Assembly (NCBI GenBank): GCA_964415445.1
Contig: CAYQAE010000005.1
Span: forward strand, 1-51,118
Direction of reading: 5' to 3'
DNA: 51,118 nucleotides
Source: an uncultured archaeon
GTDB lineage: Archaea > CAYQAE01
Shown: piece after piece, positions 36,502 to 46,181 of the stretch
Layout of the letters: each line of letters starts with the position of its first letter
Numbering within the stretch: position 1 is the first letter of the stretch
The notes under the pieces: generated by a model
Databases searched by the model: none
Told to the model about the DNA's origin: nothing
What the model saw: the letters and a program-made list of their open reading frames with translations, nothing else
Position numbers and translations under genes: made by a program

Positions 36502-37737
36502 TTATGAAGTATATTTTTTTGATCTATTGATAAGGTCCAACAAAATATTCATTAAATATTTTGTATCAAATCTCTTCAAATTACCAAAAGAACATGAACG
36601 TTCTGAGTAAGTACAAACATTATCTGGACATACAGTCTTACCTGTTATAATAATAGGTACAGGATCTGCAGTATGATCTCCTTTTTTTGAAGAAGTAGTA
36701 TGATCTGCGGTTAAAGCAACAATAGTATCTGAATCTACTTTTTTGGTAATATATCCAACCATTTCATCAAATATTTTAATCATCTCACATTTCTTTTGAA
36801 TTTCGCCTTCATGTGAAACTTCATCAATTCCCTCTACATGAATTAGACAAAAATCATGACTTTTCAACATTTTAAGAGCCATATCAGCTTTATTTTTAAG
36901 ATTAGAATCAATATAACCTGTAGCTCCAGATATTTCAGGTACACTTGCACCTAAAGCTCTTCCTAATCCTTTAATTAATCCTGCTCCTGCTAAAAAACTA
37001 GCTTTTAATCCATGCTTTTTTTCAAAAGATTCAAAATCAGGAGTAGATCCTGCGCCCCGAGGTATAATAATATTTGCAGGTGTAAGATTATTTTTTTCCC
37101 TTTTCAAATTTATGGGATGTTTTGATAATACTTGATATGATTTTTTTACAAATTCATTTACAATTTCTGCTGTAAATTTAGCTTCTTTTGTATCTTCCAA
37201 AGCTTCAGATTGATTTATATTTTTATTTAGTCCATGTGGATCTACATCAGAGATAGTAGGTGATAAATTTTCACCTCTCAATACTAAAACACAACGATAA
37301 TCCATTGAATTTTTAAAAATAATTTTAACTCCTCTAATTTCTGAAATTTTAGATAATTCTGCCTCCAATACATCAATATCTTCTCTAATCCATCCTGCAG
37401 TTCTATCTATAAGAACTTTATCAGAATTAATAGTACTATAATTACATCTAAGAGAAATATCATCCTTTCCTATATCTATACCGGCCCCTAATGCTTCAAG
37501 AGGCCCTCTACCCGTATATTCTTCTTTAGGATTATATCCTAAGATAGATAGGTGAGCAGTGTCACTACCTGCAACATTACCTATACCTAAAATATCCATT
37601 ATACCACAAATTCCCTTCCTAGCTAAATCGTCTATATTAGGTATATCTGCATATTCTAGAGGTGTTTTACCACTTAACTCATTTAATGGCAAATCTGCCA
37701 TTCCATCTCCTACTATAAACAAAATTTTCATTGACAA
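36502..37737 (-). CDS. apgM: 2,3-bisphosphoglycerate-independent phosphoglycerate mutase, archaeal type (ApgM)
   Basis: Contains MKILFIVGDGMADLP, GSDTAHLSILGY, TADHTT and the HVEGIDEVSHEG metal/phospho-Ser motifs. The ATG at 37731 is likelier than the TTG at 37737. Confidence 0.9.
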   Translation of the reverse strand: MSMKILFIVGDGMADLPLNELSGKTPLEYADIPNIDDLARKGICGIMDILGIGNVAGSDTAHLSILGYNPKEEYTGRGPLEALGAGIDIGKDDISLRCNYSTINSDKVLIDRTAGWIREDIDVLEAELSKISEIRGVKIIFKNSMDYRCVLVLRGENLSPTISDVDPHGLNKNINQSEALEDTKEAKFTAEIVNEFVKKSYQVLSKHPINLKREKNNLTPANIIIPRGAGSTPDFESFEKKHGLKASFLAGAGLIKGLGRALGASVPEISGATGYIDSNLKNKADMALKMLKSHDFCLIHVEGIDEVSHEGEIQKKCEMIKIFDEMVGYITKKVDSDTIVALTADHTTSSKKGDHTADPVPIIITGKTVCPDNVCTYSERSCSFGNLKRFDTKYLMNILLDLINRSKKYTS

Positions 37738-37884
37738 TACCTAAAAAACAAAAATTTAAGAAAGAAGATATATCCTCATCAGTAAAGTTAATTTTGATAT
37801 CGGTTTTGGTCTAAACTAGATAGATTAAAACTATGTTAAAAAATAAGTTTTTGAGAGTATAAACAGTGCGTTGGTGAATAATAC

Positions 37885-38142
37885 ATGGATTTTATAGCAA
37901 ATGTAAAAATAGAATTGAAAAAAGGCATGGTTGACCCTGAAGGAAATACCGCAAAAAAAGCTCTAAATTTATTAGGATATGATAATGTAGAAGATGTAAA
38001 ATCGTCTAAATATCTTACCCTACACTTGTCTGGAGAAGATAAAAATAAAATTCATAACCAAATCGATGAAATGTGCAAACGTCTACTAGCTAATCCAGTA
38101 ATTCATAACTATATTATATCAATTTCAGAGGATAAATCATGA
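37885..38142 (+). CDS. purS: phosphoribosylformylglycinamidine synthase subunit PurS
   Basis: 85 aa. VKIELKKGMVDPEGNTAKKAL...LANPVIHNY fits PurS. ATGA overlap with purQ. Confidence 0.85.
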   Translation: MDFIANVKIELKKGMVDPEGNTAKKALNLLGYDNVEDVKSSKYLTLHLSGEDKNKIHNQIDEMCKRLLANPVIHNYIISISEDKS

Positions 38143-38837
38143 AAATAGGGGTAGTAGTTTATCCTGGATCAAATTGTGACAAAGATGTATATCATGTGTT
38201 TTCTAATGTTTTAAAAATAGACACTGAATATATAAAATATGATGTAAAGGACATAGCTAATTTTGATGGTATTGTAATACCAGGTGGGTTTTCATATGGT
38301 GATCATCTGCGAGGCGGAGCTATTGCTGCAAATATGCCAGTTACTTTAGCAATAAAAAAATTAGCAAAAGAAAAAAAGCATATTTTAGGAATTTGTAATG
38401 GTTTTCAAGTCTTAACTGAATCTATGCTTTTGCCAGGAGCATTAACAAGAAACAATTCAAACAAATTTATTTGCAAATGGACTAATTTAAAAATAGAGAC
38501 AAAAAAACCAAATTTTACCAATCAATTAACTAATAAATTCTTACCTATGCCAATAGCACATGGTGAGGGAAATTATTATGCTGATAAAAAATTACTAAGG
38601 GAACTTGAAGAAAATGACCAGATTTTTGCTAGATATGTAAATAAAAAGGGAGAGATTACAGAAAAAGCTAATCCAAATGGATCTATAGAAAATATTGCAG
38701 GAATAACTAATCTAGATGGAAACATAGTTGGTCTTATGCCACACCCTGAAAGAGTCTCTGAAAAAATATTAGGATCAGATGAAGGAAAATTAATATTTAA
38801 GTCCATGATAGAATCAATAAAGAAGGATCTAAAATGA
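38139..38837 (+). CDS. purQ: phosphoribosylformylglycinamidine synthase glutaminase subunit PurQ
   Basis: Contains VVVYPGSNCD, GGFSYGD, catalytic ICNGFQ and the HPER triad region. ATGA overlap with purL. Confidence 0.9.
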   Translation: MKIGVVVYPGSNCDKDVYHVFSNVLKIDTEYIKYDVKDIANFDGIVIPGGFSYGDHLRGGAIAANMPVTLAIKKLAKEKKHILGICNGFQVLTESMLLPGALTRNNSNKFICKWTNLKIETKKPNFTNQLTNKFLPMPIAHGEGNYYADKKLLRELEENDQIFARYVNKKGEITEKANPNGSIENIAGITNLDGNIVGLMPHPERVSEKILGSDEGKLIFKSMIESIKKDLK

Positions 38838-41029
38838 AATATAAAGACTTAGACGTATCACTCACCAAAGAAGAGATTGATCTAATTAAAAAAGAAGTCA
38901 AAAGAGAACCAACCACCTTAGAAGTAGGTATGATGGATGTAATGTGGTCTGAACATTGTTCATACAAAAGTAGTAAGAATTATTTGAAACTGCTTCCCAC
39001 AAAAGGTAAAAATGTAATTATGGGCCCAGGAGAAGATGGAGGGATTGTTAAATTTGATGATGAAAATGTATTAGTTCTCTCCTTTGAAAGTCATAATCAT
39101 CCTTCAGCTATTGAACCCTTTGGTGGCGCAGCTACCGGGGTAGGTGGGATTTATCGTGATATTTTTTGTATGGGTGCAAGACCAATTGCAGGCCTAGATT
39201 CACTTCGATTCGGAGAATTATCTAATGAAAGAGTAAGATATCTATTTGAAAATGTTGTCAGAGGTATTTCAGAATATGGAAATTGCGTAGGAATACCTAC
39301 TGTTGCAGGTGATGTAAAATTTGGAAGTAAATATGAAAAAAATTGTTTAGTTAATGCTATGTGTGTGGGTTATGCTAAGCGCAAAGATATCATTAGAAGT
39401 GTAGCTTCAAATCCAGGTGATTATTTTATTATTGCAGGTGGCACCACCGGACGAGATGGAATACATGGAGTTACCTTCGCATCAGAAGAACTTAATGAGG
39501 ACTCTGAAGAAGAAAGAGGCGCAGTGCAAATTGGAGATCCATTTACTGAAAAACAAGTTATGGAAGCAGCCCTAGAAGCAAATGAAAAAGGGTATCTAAA
39601 TGGAATGAAAGATTTAGGTGGTGGGGGATTAACTTGTGCATCTTCTGAAATGGCAGCTGCTGGAAATTGCGGTGCAGAAATAGATATTAATTTAGTACCT
39701 CAAAGAGAGCCTAATATGACGTCTTATGAGATTATGATCTCTGAATCTCAAGAGAGAATGTTATTTGCAGTGGATGAAGATCACAAAGATGATTTATGTA
39801 ATCTACTTAAATGGTATAACATCTCTTATGCTATCATAGGTAGAGTTACAGATACAGGTCAATTTATAGTAAAAGATAAAGATAAAATTCTTGCAAATAT
39901 CCCTGCTAAATTCATATCAGGAGGTATAACTTACAATAGAACATATAAAAAACCCAAAGATTTTGAAGATCAAAAAAAGATAGAAAAACCTAAGATACAA
40001 GATATAGAAAAATCTTTTCTTAAATTGATAGAATCTCCAAATATAGCAAGCAAAAAATGGGTTTATGAACAATATGACCATGAAGTGCAAATAAAAAATG
40101 TAATTAAATGTGGATCTGATTCTGCAGTGCTTAGAATAAAGAATAAAAAAGGTATCGCACTAAAGACAGACTGTAATGGTTTTTATTGTGATCTAGATCC
40201 TTATACTGGCGCAGCCGGTGCAGTTGCTGAATGTTTACGAAATATCAGCTGTGTTGGTGCAGAAAGTCTATGTTGTGTGGATTGTCTTAATGTAGGAAAC
40301 CCTGAAAAAGAAGAATCTTTTTGGAGATTTAAGGAAGTTATAAATGGTATTAAAGATGCCTGTGAAGAATTTAATATTCCAATCGTTGGAGGAAATGTAA
40401 GTTTCTATAATGAAGCAGAGGGTATTTCTATATATCCAACTCCACTTATAGGGATTTTAGGAAAAATTGAAGATGTTAATAAAGTAAAAAATTCATATTT
40501 TAAATCAGAAGGAAATTATATTGTATGTATAGGGGCCACTAAAGATGAGATGGGCGGATCAGAGTATTATAGATTAATTTATAATATAGATGAAGGAGAA
40601 CCGCCTAAAGTTGATTTTAAAGAAGAATATAAAAACGCGAAATTTGTATCCAAGTGCATAAATCATACCCTATTAAATGCAGCACATGATTGTTCTGAAG
40701 GTGGACTTGCAATAACAATAGCCGAGATGACTTTTTTAAATGAATTAGGGTCTAAAATAGATATATCAAAACTAAATAAAACCAATTTAGAAGATGATGA
40801 AATTTTATTTTCTGAATCACATGCTAGATATATCTTGGAGATACCAAAAGAAAAAATAGATGAATTCAAAAAACAAGCAAAAAAAATGGATATAATATAT
40901 TCTATAATTGGAAAAACGCAACGAGATAGATTTATAATAATAAATAAAAATAAAGAATTAATTAATATTGAAATTAAAGAAATTAAAAATAGATATGAAT
41001 CAGCTATTCCAAAAATAATGGGAGTTTAA
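38834..41029 (+). CDS. purL: phosphoribosylformylglycinamidine synthase subunit PurL
   Basis: Contains MWSEHCSYKSS, ESHNHPSAIEPFGGAATGVGG, GGTTGRDGIHG, DLGGGGL and SESQERM. Confidence 0.95.
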   Translation: MKYKDLDVSLTKEEIDLIKKEVKREPTTLEVGMMDVMWSEHCSYKSSKNYLKLLPTKGKNVIMGPGEDGGIVKFDDENVLVLSFESHNHPSAIEPFGGAATGVGGIYRDIFCMGARPIAGLDSLRFGELSNERVRYLFENVVRGISEYGNCVGIPTVAGDVKFGSKYEKNCLVNAMCVGYAKRKDIIRSVASNPGDYFIIAGGTTGRDGIHGVTFASEELNEDSEEERGAVQIGDPFTEKQVMEAALEANEKGYLNGMKDLGGGGLTCASSEMAAAGNCGAEIDINLVPQREPNMTSYEIMISESQERMLFAVDEDHKDDLCNLLKWYNISYAIIGRVTDTGQFIVKDKDKILANIPAKFISGGITYNRTYKKPKDFEDQKKIEKPKIQDIEKSFLKLIESPNIASKKWVYEQYDHEVQIKNVIKCGSDSAVLRIKNKKGIALKTDCNGFYCDLDPYTGAAGAVAECLRNISCVGAESLCCVDCLNVGNPEKEESFWRFKEVINGIKDACEEFNIPIVGGNVSFYNEAEGISIYPTPLIGILGKIEDVNKVKNSYFKSEGNYIVCIGATKDEMGGSEYYRLIYNIDEGEPPKVDFKEEYKNAKFVSKCINHTLLNAAHDCSEGGLAITIAEMTFLNELGSKIDISKLNKTNLEDDEILFSESHARYILEIPKEKIDEFKKQAKKMDIIYSIIGKTQRDRFIIINKNKELINIEIKEIKNRYESAIPKIMGV

Positions 41030-42202
41030 TTAACCTCCACATAAGTAGTCTCATCAGCATAAACATGCGTTTTGACATTGTTTTTAGATCCATTATAAAA
41101 ATCTAGATTATAATCTCCTGCTCTACAATCATCAATTGTTACCACAGTTTGGTCTTTATCTATTTTAACATTACCCATACTACTGTATTTTTCAACTGAT
41201 TCTTTATATGCATAATATGATTTCTTTTTATTTCTCTCTGCATCAACAATTCCCCAATGACGTTCCTCTTCAGGGGTTCCAGGATAATCTTCATTATTGT
41301 AGGAGAAAAATACCGCACCAATTATATCAGGAGCATTAACTAATATATCATAAGATTCTTTTAGATATTCAGCTTGTATATCTTCATTATGTGCACCTTT
41401 ATAATTTGCTTTCCAACCAAAACCACCTGAAGGGTATCCAAATTCCATAAAACAAAACGGTAGATAAATACCTGTACTTTTGGCAAAAGAAGCAAACCAA
41501 GATAATGTTTCAGGTCCACCTGGAGACCAAGATCCAGGATAATTATCTAATCCAATATAATCTAACCAACGTCCACCCTTTGTATGTAGTAATCTATAGA
41601 CAACATCAGGCGCAACACAAATATTTGTAGATATTCGAGCCTGTTGATCAACATTTTTTGTAGTAGCTCCAACTGCATCGATAATTCCTGAAATTTGATC
41701 AAAAGATTTGCCAATCATGAACTACATCTTTATATCGAGAAACTACCTTAGAAACATAATCTTGAATATATTCTGCACATTTATCATCATTATAATCTGT
41801 TTGAAAGATTGGTGGCATTGTAGCTAGAACACCTATAATTTTTAAGCCGCTTTTTTTTGCTGATGCAACTAATTTATCAAAATATCCAAATTCATATTTA
41901 TTTGGTTCTGGATTTATCAACATCCACCAAAAATCAAATCGAACATACTCTACTCCCGCTTCTCGCATAGAAGCAAAGTCTTGGTCAATTAAATCTTCTC
42001 TATGACCTGGATATGCATGATAACCTATTCCAAAAATAAAATCATCATGAGTAGTTTGTTTATATTTCACTTCATCATATTTTCCTTTATTTTTTAATTT
42101 GATTACAATCCGACCCCTTTTAAATTTGTCCTCAGATTTTATATCATATTTAGGGATATAACCATATGGATATTGCACTCTAAACACCTCCGGAACATAC
42201 AT
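41026..42202 (-). pseudogene. clan GH-A (TIM-barrel) glycoside-hydrolase-like gene split by a 1-nt frameshift
   Basis: The N piece (41699-42202) ends ...SRYKDVVHDWQIF*. The C piece (41026-41718) carries FMEFGYPSGG (nucleophile-type E). The frames rejoin at an A4 run, 41701-41704. Confidence 0.55.
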
Positions 42203-42407
42203 ATTATGATTCTTTGTTCAACCTGAAATCAATTAATAATAATTCCCGCAAAGTAACTAAAGTATTTTTAGCTACTAAAAAAACCTATCTTTAACTATTT
42301 ATAAACTTTTTGTAGGTTTAAATACTTGCAAAATTGTACATTTATAGATATACAGTTTTTTAGTAATTAAACTCGCAGTTTAACCTCTTTTTCAAATATT
42401 TCAAAAA

Positions 42408-43457
42408 TTAATTAAATTCCCTATTTTGATAATGATCTAAACATAATACTCCATCATCAATATAAGAATTTAAAAATAATCTTTTTGTCTCATAATATGC
42501 TGGTTTTTTTCTAATTAAATAATTATCAATTTCTCCATCTATTCCAATTATACCAAACCATTCTTCAGGATCAGTTTGATCATGAACATTTTCTCCTCTT
42601 TCAAACAAATTATTTTTCCACCATTCATCGTTCCATTCAAAAACTAATCCTCCAATACTACCTGCTTTTAGAAGATCATACCATCTATCATATATCTCTC
42701 TAGATTGATCTAACTCTGATTTGCCACCATATCCTTTCCACAGAGATCCAGATGATGTACTTAGACCAAATTCAGAAATTAAAAAAGGCTTATTTGGATA
42801 TTTTTCTCTTAAAGAAACAAGATAATCAAAAAAAGTCTTCTGTACTTGATAAGAATAAACATTAAAACTGATGACATCAAAAAAAGGTAATTCCAACCAA
42901 TCTTCCCAAGGAGGTAGAGCATGAGTTATCGGACGTGAAATATCTAGACTTTTAGCAGTTTGATATAAATCCAACAAAAAAGCACGAGTTGCTGGAACAC
43001 CTACTTTGTGAATCACACCACAATCTAATTCATTTCCAATACACCACATTATAATATTTTCACGATCAATGTGTCTCTCTATTGTTTCAGTCAATAGATC
43101 TTTTGATTCTTTATGATAATTTGGTTCCCAAAAATCATGGTGTTGGCCACCCTCAGGAGATACATTGATCCCTTCTATAACATATATACCATAAGACTCA
43201 GCTATATCTAATACATGATCATCAAGAGGAGCATAACTTCTGATGGTATTTATTCCTGCTTGTCTCATCCACCTAAAATCTCTTTTTATATTTACATGTG
43301 TTGGTTGCCCATCTAGAGGATTTTCACCAGGCATATAAGGAGAATAGCAAACTCCTTTTAATAAAACTTCTTCATCCCCAATTTGTAAATAATTAGGCTT
43401 AAGAGAGAAATTATCACTATCCTTAGGTTGTGAAAATTGAATGTTTTGATCAGACAT
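42408..43457 (-). CDS. clan GH-A glycoside hydrolase (GH2-TIM/GH5-like), no signal peptide seen
   Basis: Contains MRQAGINTIRSY, IMWCIGNELD (acid/base NE) and FLISEFGLS (nucleophile E). The family-level call is uncertain. Confidence 0.6.
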   Translation of the reverse strand: MSDQNIQFSQPKDSDNFSLKPNYLQIGDEEVLLKGVCYSPYMPGENPLDGQPTHVNIKRDFRWMRQAGINTIRSYAPLDDHVLDIAESYGIYVIEGINVSPEGGQHHDFWEPNYHKESKDLLTETIERHIDRENIIMWCIGNELDCGVIHKVGVPATRAFLLDLYQTAKSLDISRPITHALPPWEDWLELPFFDVISFNVYSYQVQKTFFDYLVSLREKYPNKPFLISEFGLSTSSGSLWKGYGGKSELDQSREIYDRWYDLLKAGSIGGLVFEWNDEWWKNNLFERGENVHDQTDPEEWFGIIGIDGEIDNYLIRKKPAYYETKRLFLNSYIDDGVLCLDHYQNREFN

Positions 43458-43610
43458 TATTAAAAATACAAAAAGTATAGATTTAAATAGATTGTATTTA
43501 GAAATTTAAATTAAAATAATTTCTAAAGTTACATATCTAAATAACTAAAATCTAAGTTAAAAGGAAGCAAATAAGAATATATAAAAACCTAATACAAATT
43601 ATAATCTAAT

Positions 43611-44024
43611 ATGATTTTAGACAAAATAGAAGCATTTGGGCATCCTAATGTATTATCAACGCACAAGACCACTTTAGAATTTACAAAAGATAATTTTTTA
43701 ACCCTAAGAGGAGACTGTATTGTCGGTATAAATTCAAATAAATCAATAGCAGAACTTTCAAATAAATTCAAGGATTTTGTTAAAAAAGAGAGGAAAATCA
43801 GATGCAAAATTAAAACTAAAAGCTATGAAGATAATATTGTAGGTTATGGAAATCAACACCTAACTTTAGATCATCCTAAAGATATTGTTTTGAGAAAATC
43901 TAAATTTATATGCCCAAGAACACTTCTTATAAATTGTAATAAAGCAGCTTATGATATCAATAGGGACTTAATAGAAGAATTAAAGAACAAAGAAAAATTA
44001 GAAGTTATTTTTGAATTAATATAA
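43611..44024 (+). CDS. DUF371 domain protein
   Basis: FGHPNVLSTHKTTLEFTKDNFLTLRGDCIVGINS and VLRKSKFICPRTLLINCNKAA fit my recollection of the archaeal DUF371 consensus. Confidence 0.6.
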   Translation: MILDKIEAFGHPNVLSTHKTTLEFTKDNFLTLRGDCIVGINSNKSIAELSNKFKDFVKKERKIRCKIKTKSYEDNIVGYGNQHLTLDHPKDIVLRKSKFICPRTLLINCNKAAYDINRDLIEELKNKEKLEVIFELI

Positions 44025-44085
44025 TTTTATAAAATCAGGAGACTCTCAAAACTTATAAATATCCATATCTAAAGAAGTGAATTAG

Positions 44086-44985
44086 ATGAACTCAATAATC
44101 TTAGAAGAACTTAAACCAAAAATTAAGGATTTTGAGAAAAAAATAGGTAAAAAAATATCCTTATCTCCTACTAAATTAATTACCCTAGGCCAATGCAGAA
44201 GAAAATATATAAAAGATGTCTTAGAACCGATATATATTCCATCACCTAGCGCAGTTACAGGTTCAGCTTGGCATCATATGGCCAAAGAAGTTACAGATTA
44301 TATCGATGCTAATTTTGAAAACATAATTGGATCGGACCAAATAACTTCATTTAAAGTATTAAAAGATGTAGCAAATAATGCTATTGATTCATTTTGGAAA
44401 AAAGCAAAAGAAGAAGAAAAAAATTGCTTCAAAGATTTAGGAGAATTTCTAATATATCAAAGAAATAATGAAGTTTGGACAGATGAATTTTTAAGAAGAA
44501 TGGCCTACAAAATTGAGGAACTTTCAAAATTAGGTGATCCTACAAATAAATGGGTAAAAGCCCAAATTGTGCCAACTCATGCAGAAAAAAGAATTAAAAT
44601 AGAAAATTTACGTTTCACAGGTATCTTAGATAAAATGTCAAGAATATCCCCAAATAGTGAAACTTACTTAATTACAGACTACAAAACAGGAAAACCGCCA
44701 GCAGTTGGTGTGTGGTCAGATGTAGAAAAACAACTACTTATGTATAAATATCTATCTGTAGCTAATAATTTAATACCAAACAATTCTGAAATCCATGGAA
44801 GTGTATACTATGTGAGATTGCAAGAAGAAAGATTTGTCCCTCTACCTCCGCTAGAAAAAACTAAAGAAATAGTAGAAAATTTACTCATAAATGCCTGGAC
44901 TACCTTATTTTCAAATGATGATAATCCAAACCCAAACAAACTTTGCAAGTGGTGTCCTTATGAGTGTATCCACAAACCTATCTAG
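44086..44985 (+). CDS. PD-(D/E)XK nuclease, Cas4/RecB-like, with four-Cys (putative Fe-S) ligands
   Basis: One N-terminal Cys (LGQCRRKY) plus C-terminal CKWCPYEC, as in the Cas4/AddB arrangement. The nuclease motifs are GILDKM and ITDYKTGK. Confidence 0.6.
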   Translation: MNSIILEELKPKIKDFEKKIGKKISLSPTKLITLGQCRRKYIKDVLEPIYIPSPSAVTGSAWHHMAKEVTDYIDANFENIIGSDQITSFKVLKDVANNAIDSFWKKAKEEEKNCFKDLGEFLIYQRNNEVWTDEFLRRMAYKIEELSKLGDPTNKWVKAQIVPTHAEKRIKIENLRFTGILDKMSRISPNSETYLITDYKTGKPPAVGVWSDVEKQLLMYKYLSVANNLIPNNSEIHGSVYYVRLQEERFVPLPPLEKTKEIVENLLINAWTTLFSNDDNPNPNKLCKWCPYECIHKPI

Positions 44986-46069
44986 CCCATCTGCAAACAA
45001 AAGATGCCATACCCAAGCCAACAGTGTCTAATCGCATCAATATTTCTTTTGTAATTGCTTTTTTGCAGTTTTTCTCATTACTTATAATCTGATTTCGAGT
45101 CATGTATTTTACTTTATCAGATATGACATTTTTGATAATCAACATTACTTTTTTCTTAATATATGAAATATCAATTGTTGTTCTATCTGCTAAAGTCACA
45201 AATTTAGCCAAATCAGATACAACAATTTTAATCTCGCCATTTCCACCTATTTTTTGATGATCAGCAGTCTCCCAGCTTCCGCCCCACTTGATTTCAAATA
45301 AATCTTTTGAAATTAAAATTACATCTAAACGATCAGGATTAATTTTCTTTTTTGATTTCTCTAGCACATTACATATTGTTGCATAATCATAGCGACCTGG
45401 AATTAAAAATGAAAAAAAATCTTCTCCAACTACTGCTGCAATTTGATTGCCACCCACCCCAAAAGTACCTTCTAAAGTAACCAAAGGTATCTTTTTTGAA
45501 ATCTCATCCTCTGCTAAAGATAGAATAGTAGAAGGTCTGTGAGCTCCGACTAAATCGCTTCTTAAATCTTTAATTTCACTCAAGATCGTATCATGCTCAT
45601 CTTTTCTTGCAGCGTGTTGAGCTTTAACTTCATCTAAAATTGTATTTAATCTCAAACGTAGCTCTGCATTCATTACACCATTTTGATCTAGATAATTAAC
45701 TGCTTCATCTACATCCTCACTTTTTGCAGAAGTATAAGACATTTTTTCGAATGCCCCAGCTAATATATCATTTATTTCTTGTTTGAAAGTATGAATTTCA
45801 TCTTTTAAAAAAGACATATCATCTTTAAGTATCTCATTAGGATTTTCTTTGTTTTTTACACCTACTTTCTCAAGAAGAGTAAGCATATCCTCTTCAGATT
45901 CTACTTTTTCCAATTCAGATGGAGGTATGCCTGCAACAGACCCAGCTATTAACTTTAATTGTGTTTGTAAACCTTCTAATGAATTTTGAGTCTTTTTCTT
46001 AAATCTCCTACCCATAAACCAACTTATACCTGAAGCTAAACCTTTTGCAATCATTAAAGGAAAAACCAA
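44978..46069 (-). CDS. hypothetical protein: N-terminal amphipathic/coiled-coil region plus possible SPFH-like (Band_7_1-type) C-domain
   Basis: VTLEGTFGVGGNQIAAVV...LIPGRYDY and LFEIKWGGSWE...GEIKIVVSDLAKFV recall the YdjI/virion-core-like SPFH family. This is a weak, memory-based call. TTG start with GAGGTG. Confidence 0.35.
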   Translation of the reverse strand: MVFPLMIAKGLASGISWFMGRRFKKKTQNSLEGLQTQLKLIAGSVAGIPPSELEKVESEEDMLTLLEKVGVKNKENPNEILKDDMSFLKDEIHTFKQEINDILAGAFEKMSYTSAKSEDVDEAVNYLDQNGVMNAELRLRLNTILDEVKAQHAARKDEHDTILSEIKDLRSDLVGAHRPSTILSLAEDEISKKIPLVTLEGTFGVGGNQIAAVVGEDFFSFLIPGRYDYATICNVLEKSKKKINPDRLDVILISKDLFEIKWGGSWETADHQKIGGNGEIKIVVSDLAKFVTLADRTTIDISYIKKKVMLIIKNVISDKVKYMTRNQIISNEKNCKKAITKEILMRLDTVGLGMASFVCRWAR

Positions 46070-46181
46070 TCAAAACACCTCATAGAGGATTAAAAATAAT
46101 AGACCATAAGTATTTTAACTATACTTAAAAGTAAAATTCAATTTATAAGATCAAACCTTATCCTACAAAAAGTGGTATTTT

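Noticed and set aside
37738-37884. Possible purine riboswitch or C/D-box sRNA upstream of purS (TGATGA on the minus strand near 37773-37778)
   Set aside because: No matching D box (CTGA) occurs at the appropriate distance, and no conserved purine-riboswitch junction sequence is evident. The region is AT-rich promoter-like sequence.
43589-43807. 72-aa minus-strand ORF overlapping the DUF371 gene start
   Set aside because: The DUF371 frame carries the GHPN...HKTTLE...RGDCI signature, and the antisense ORF has no support.
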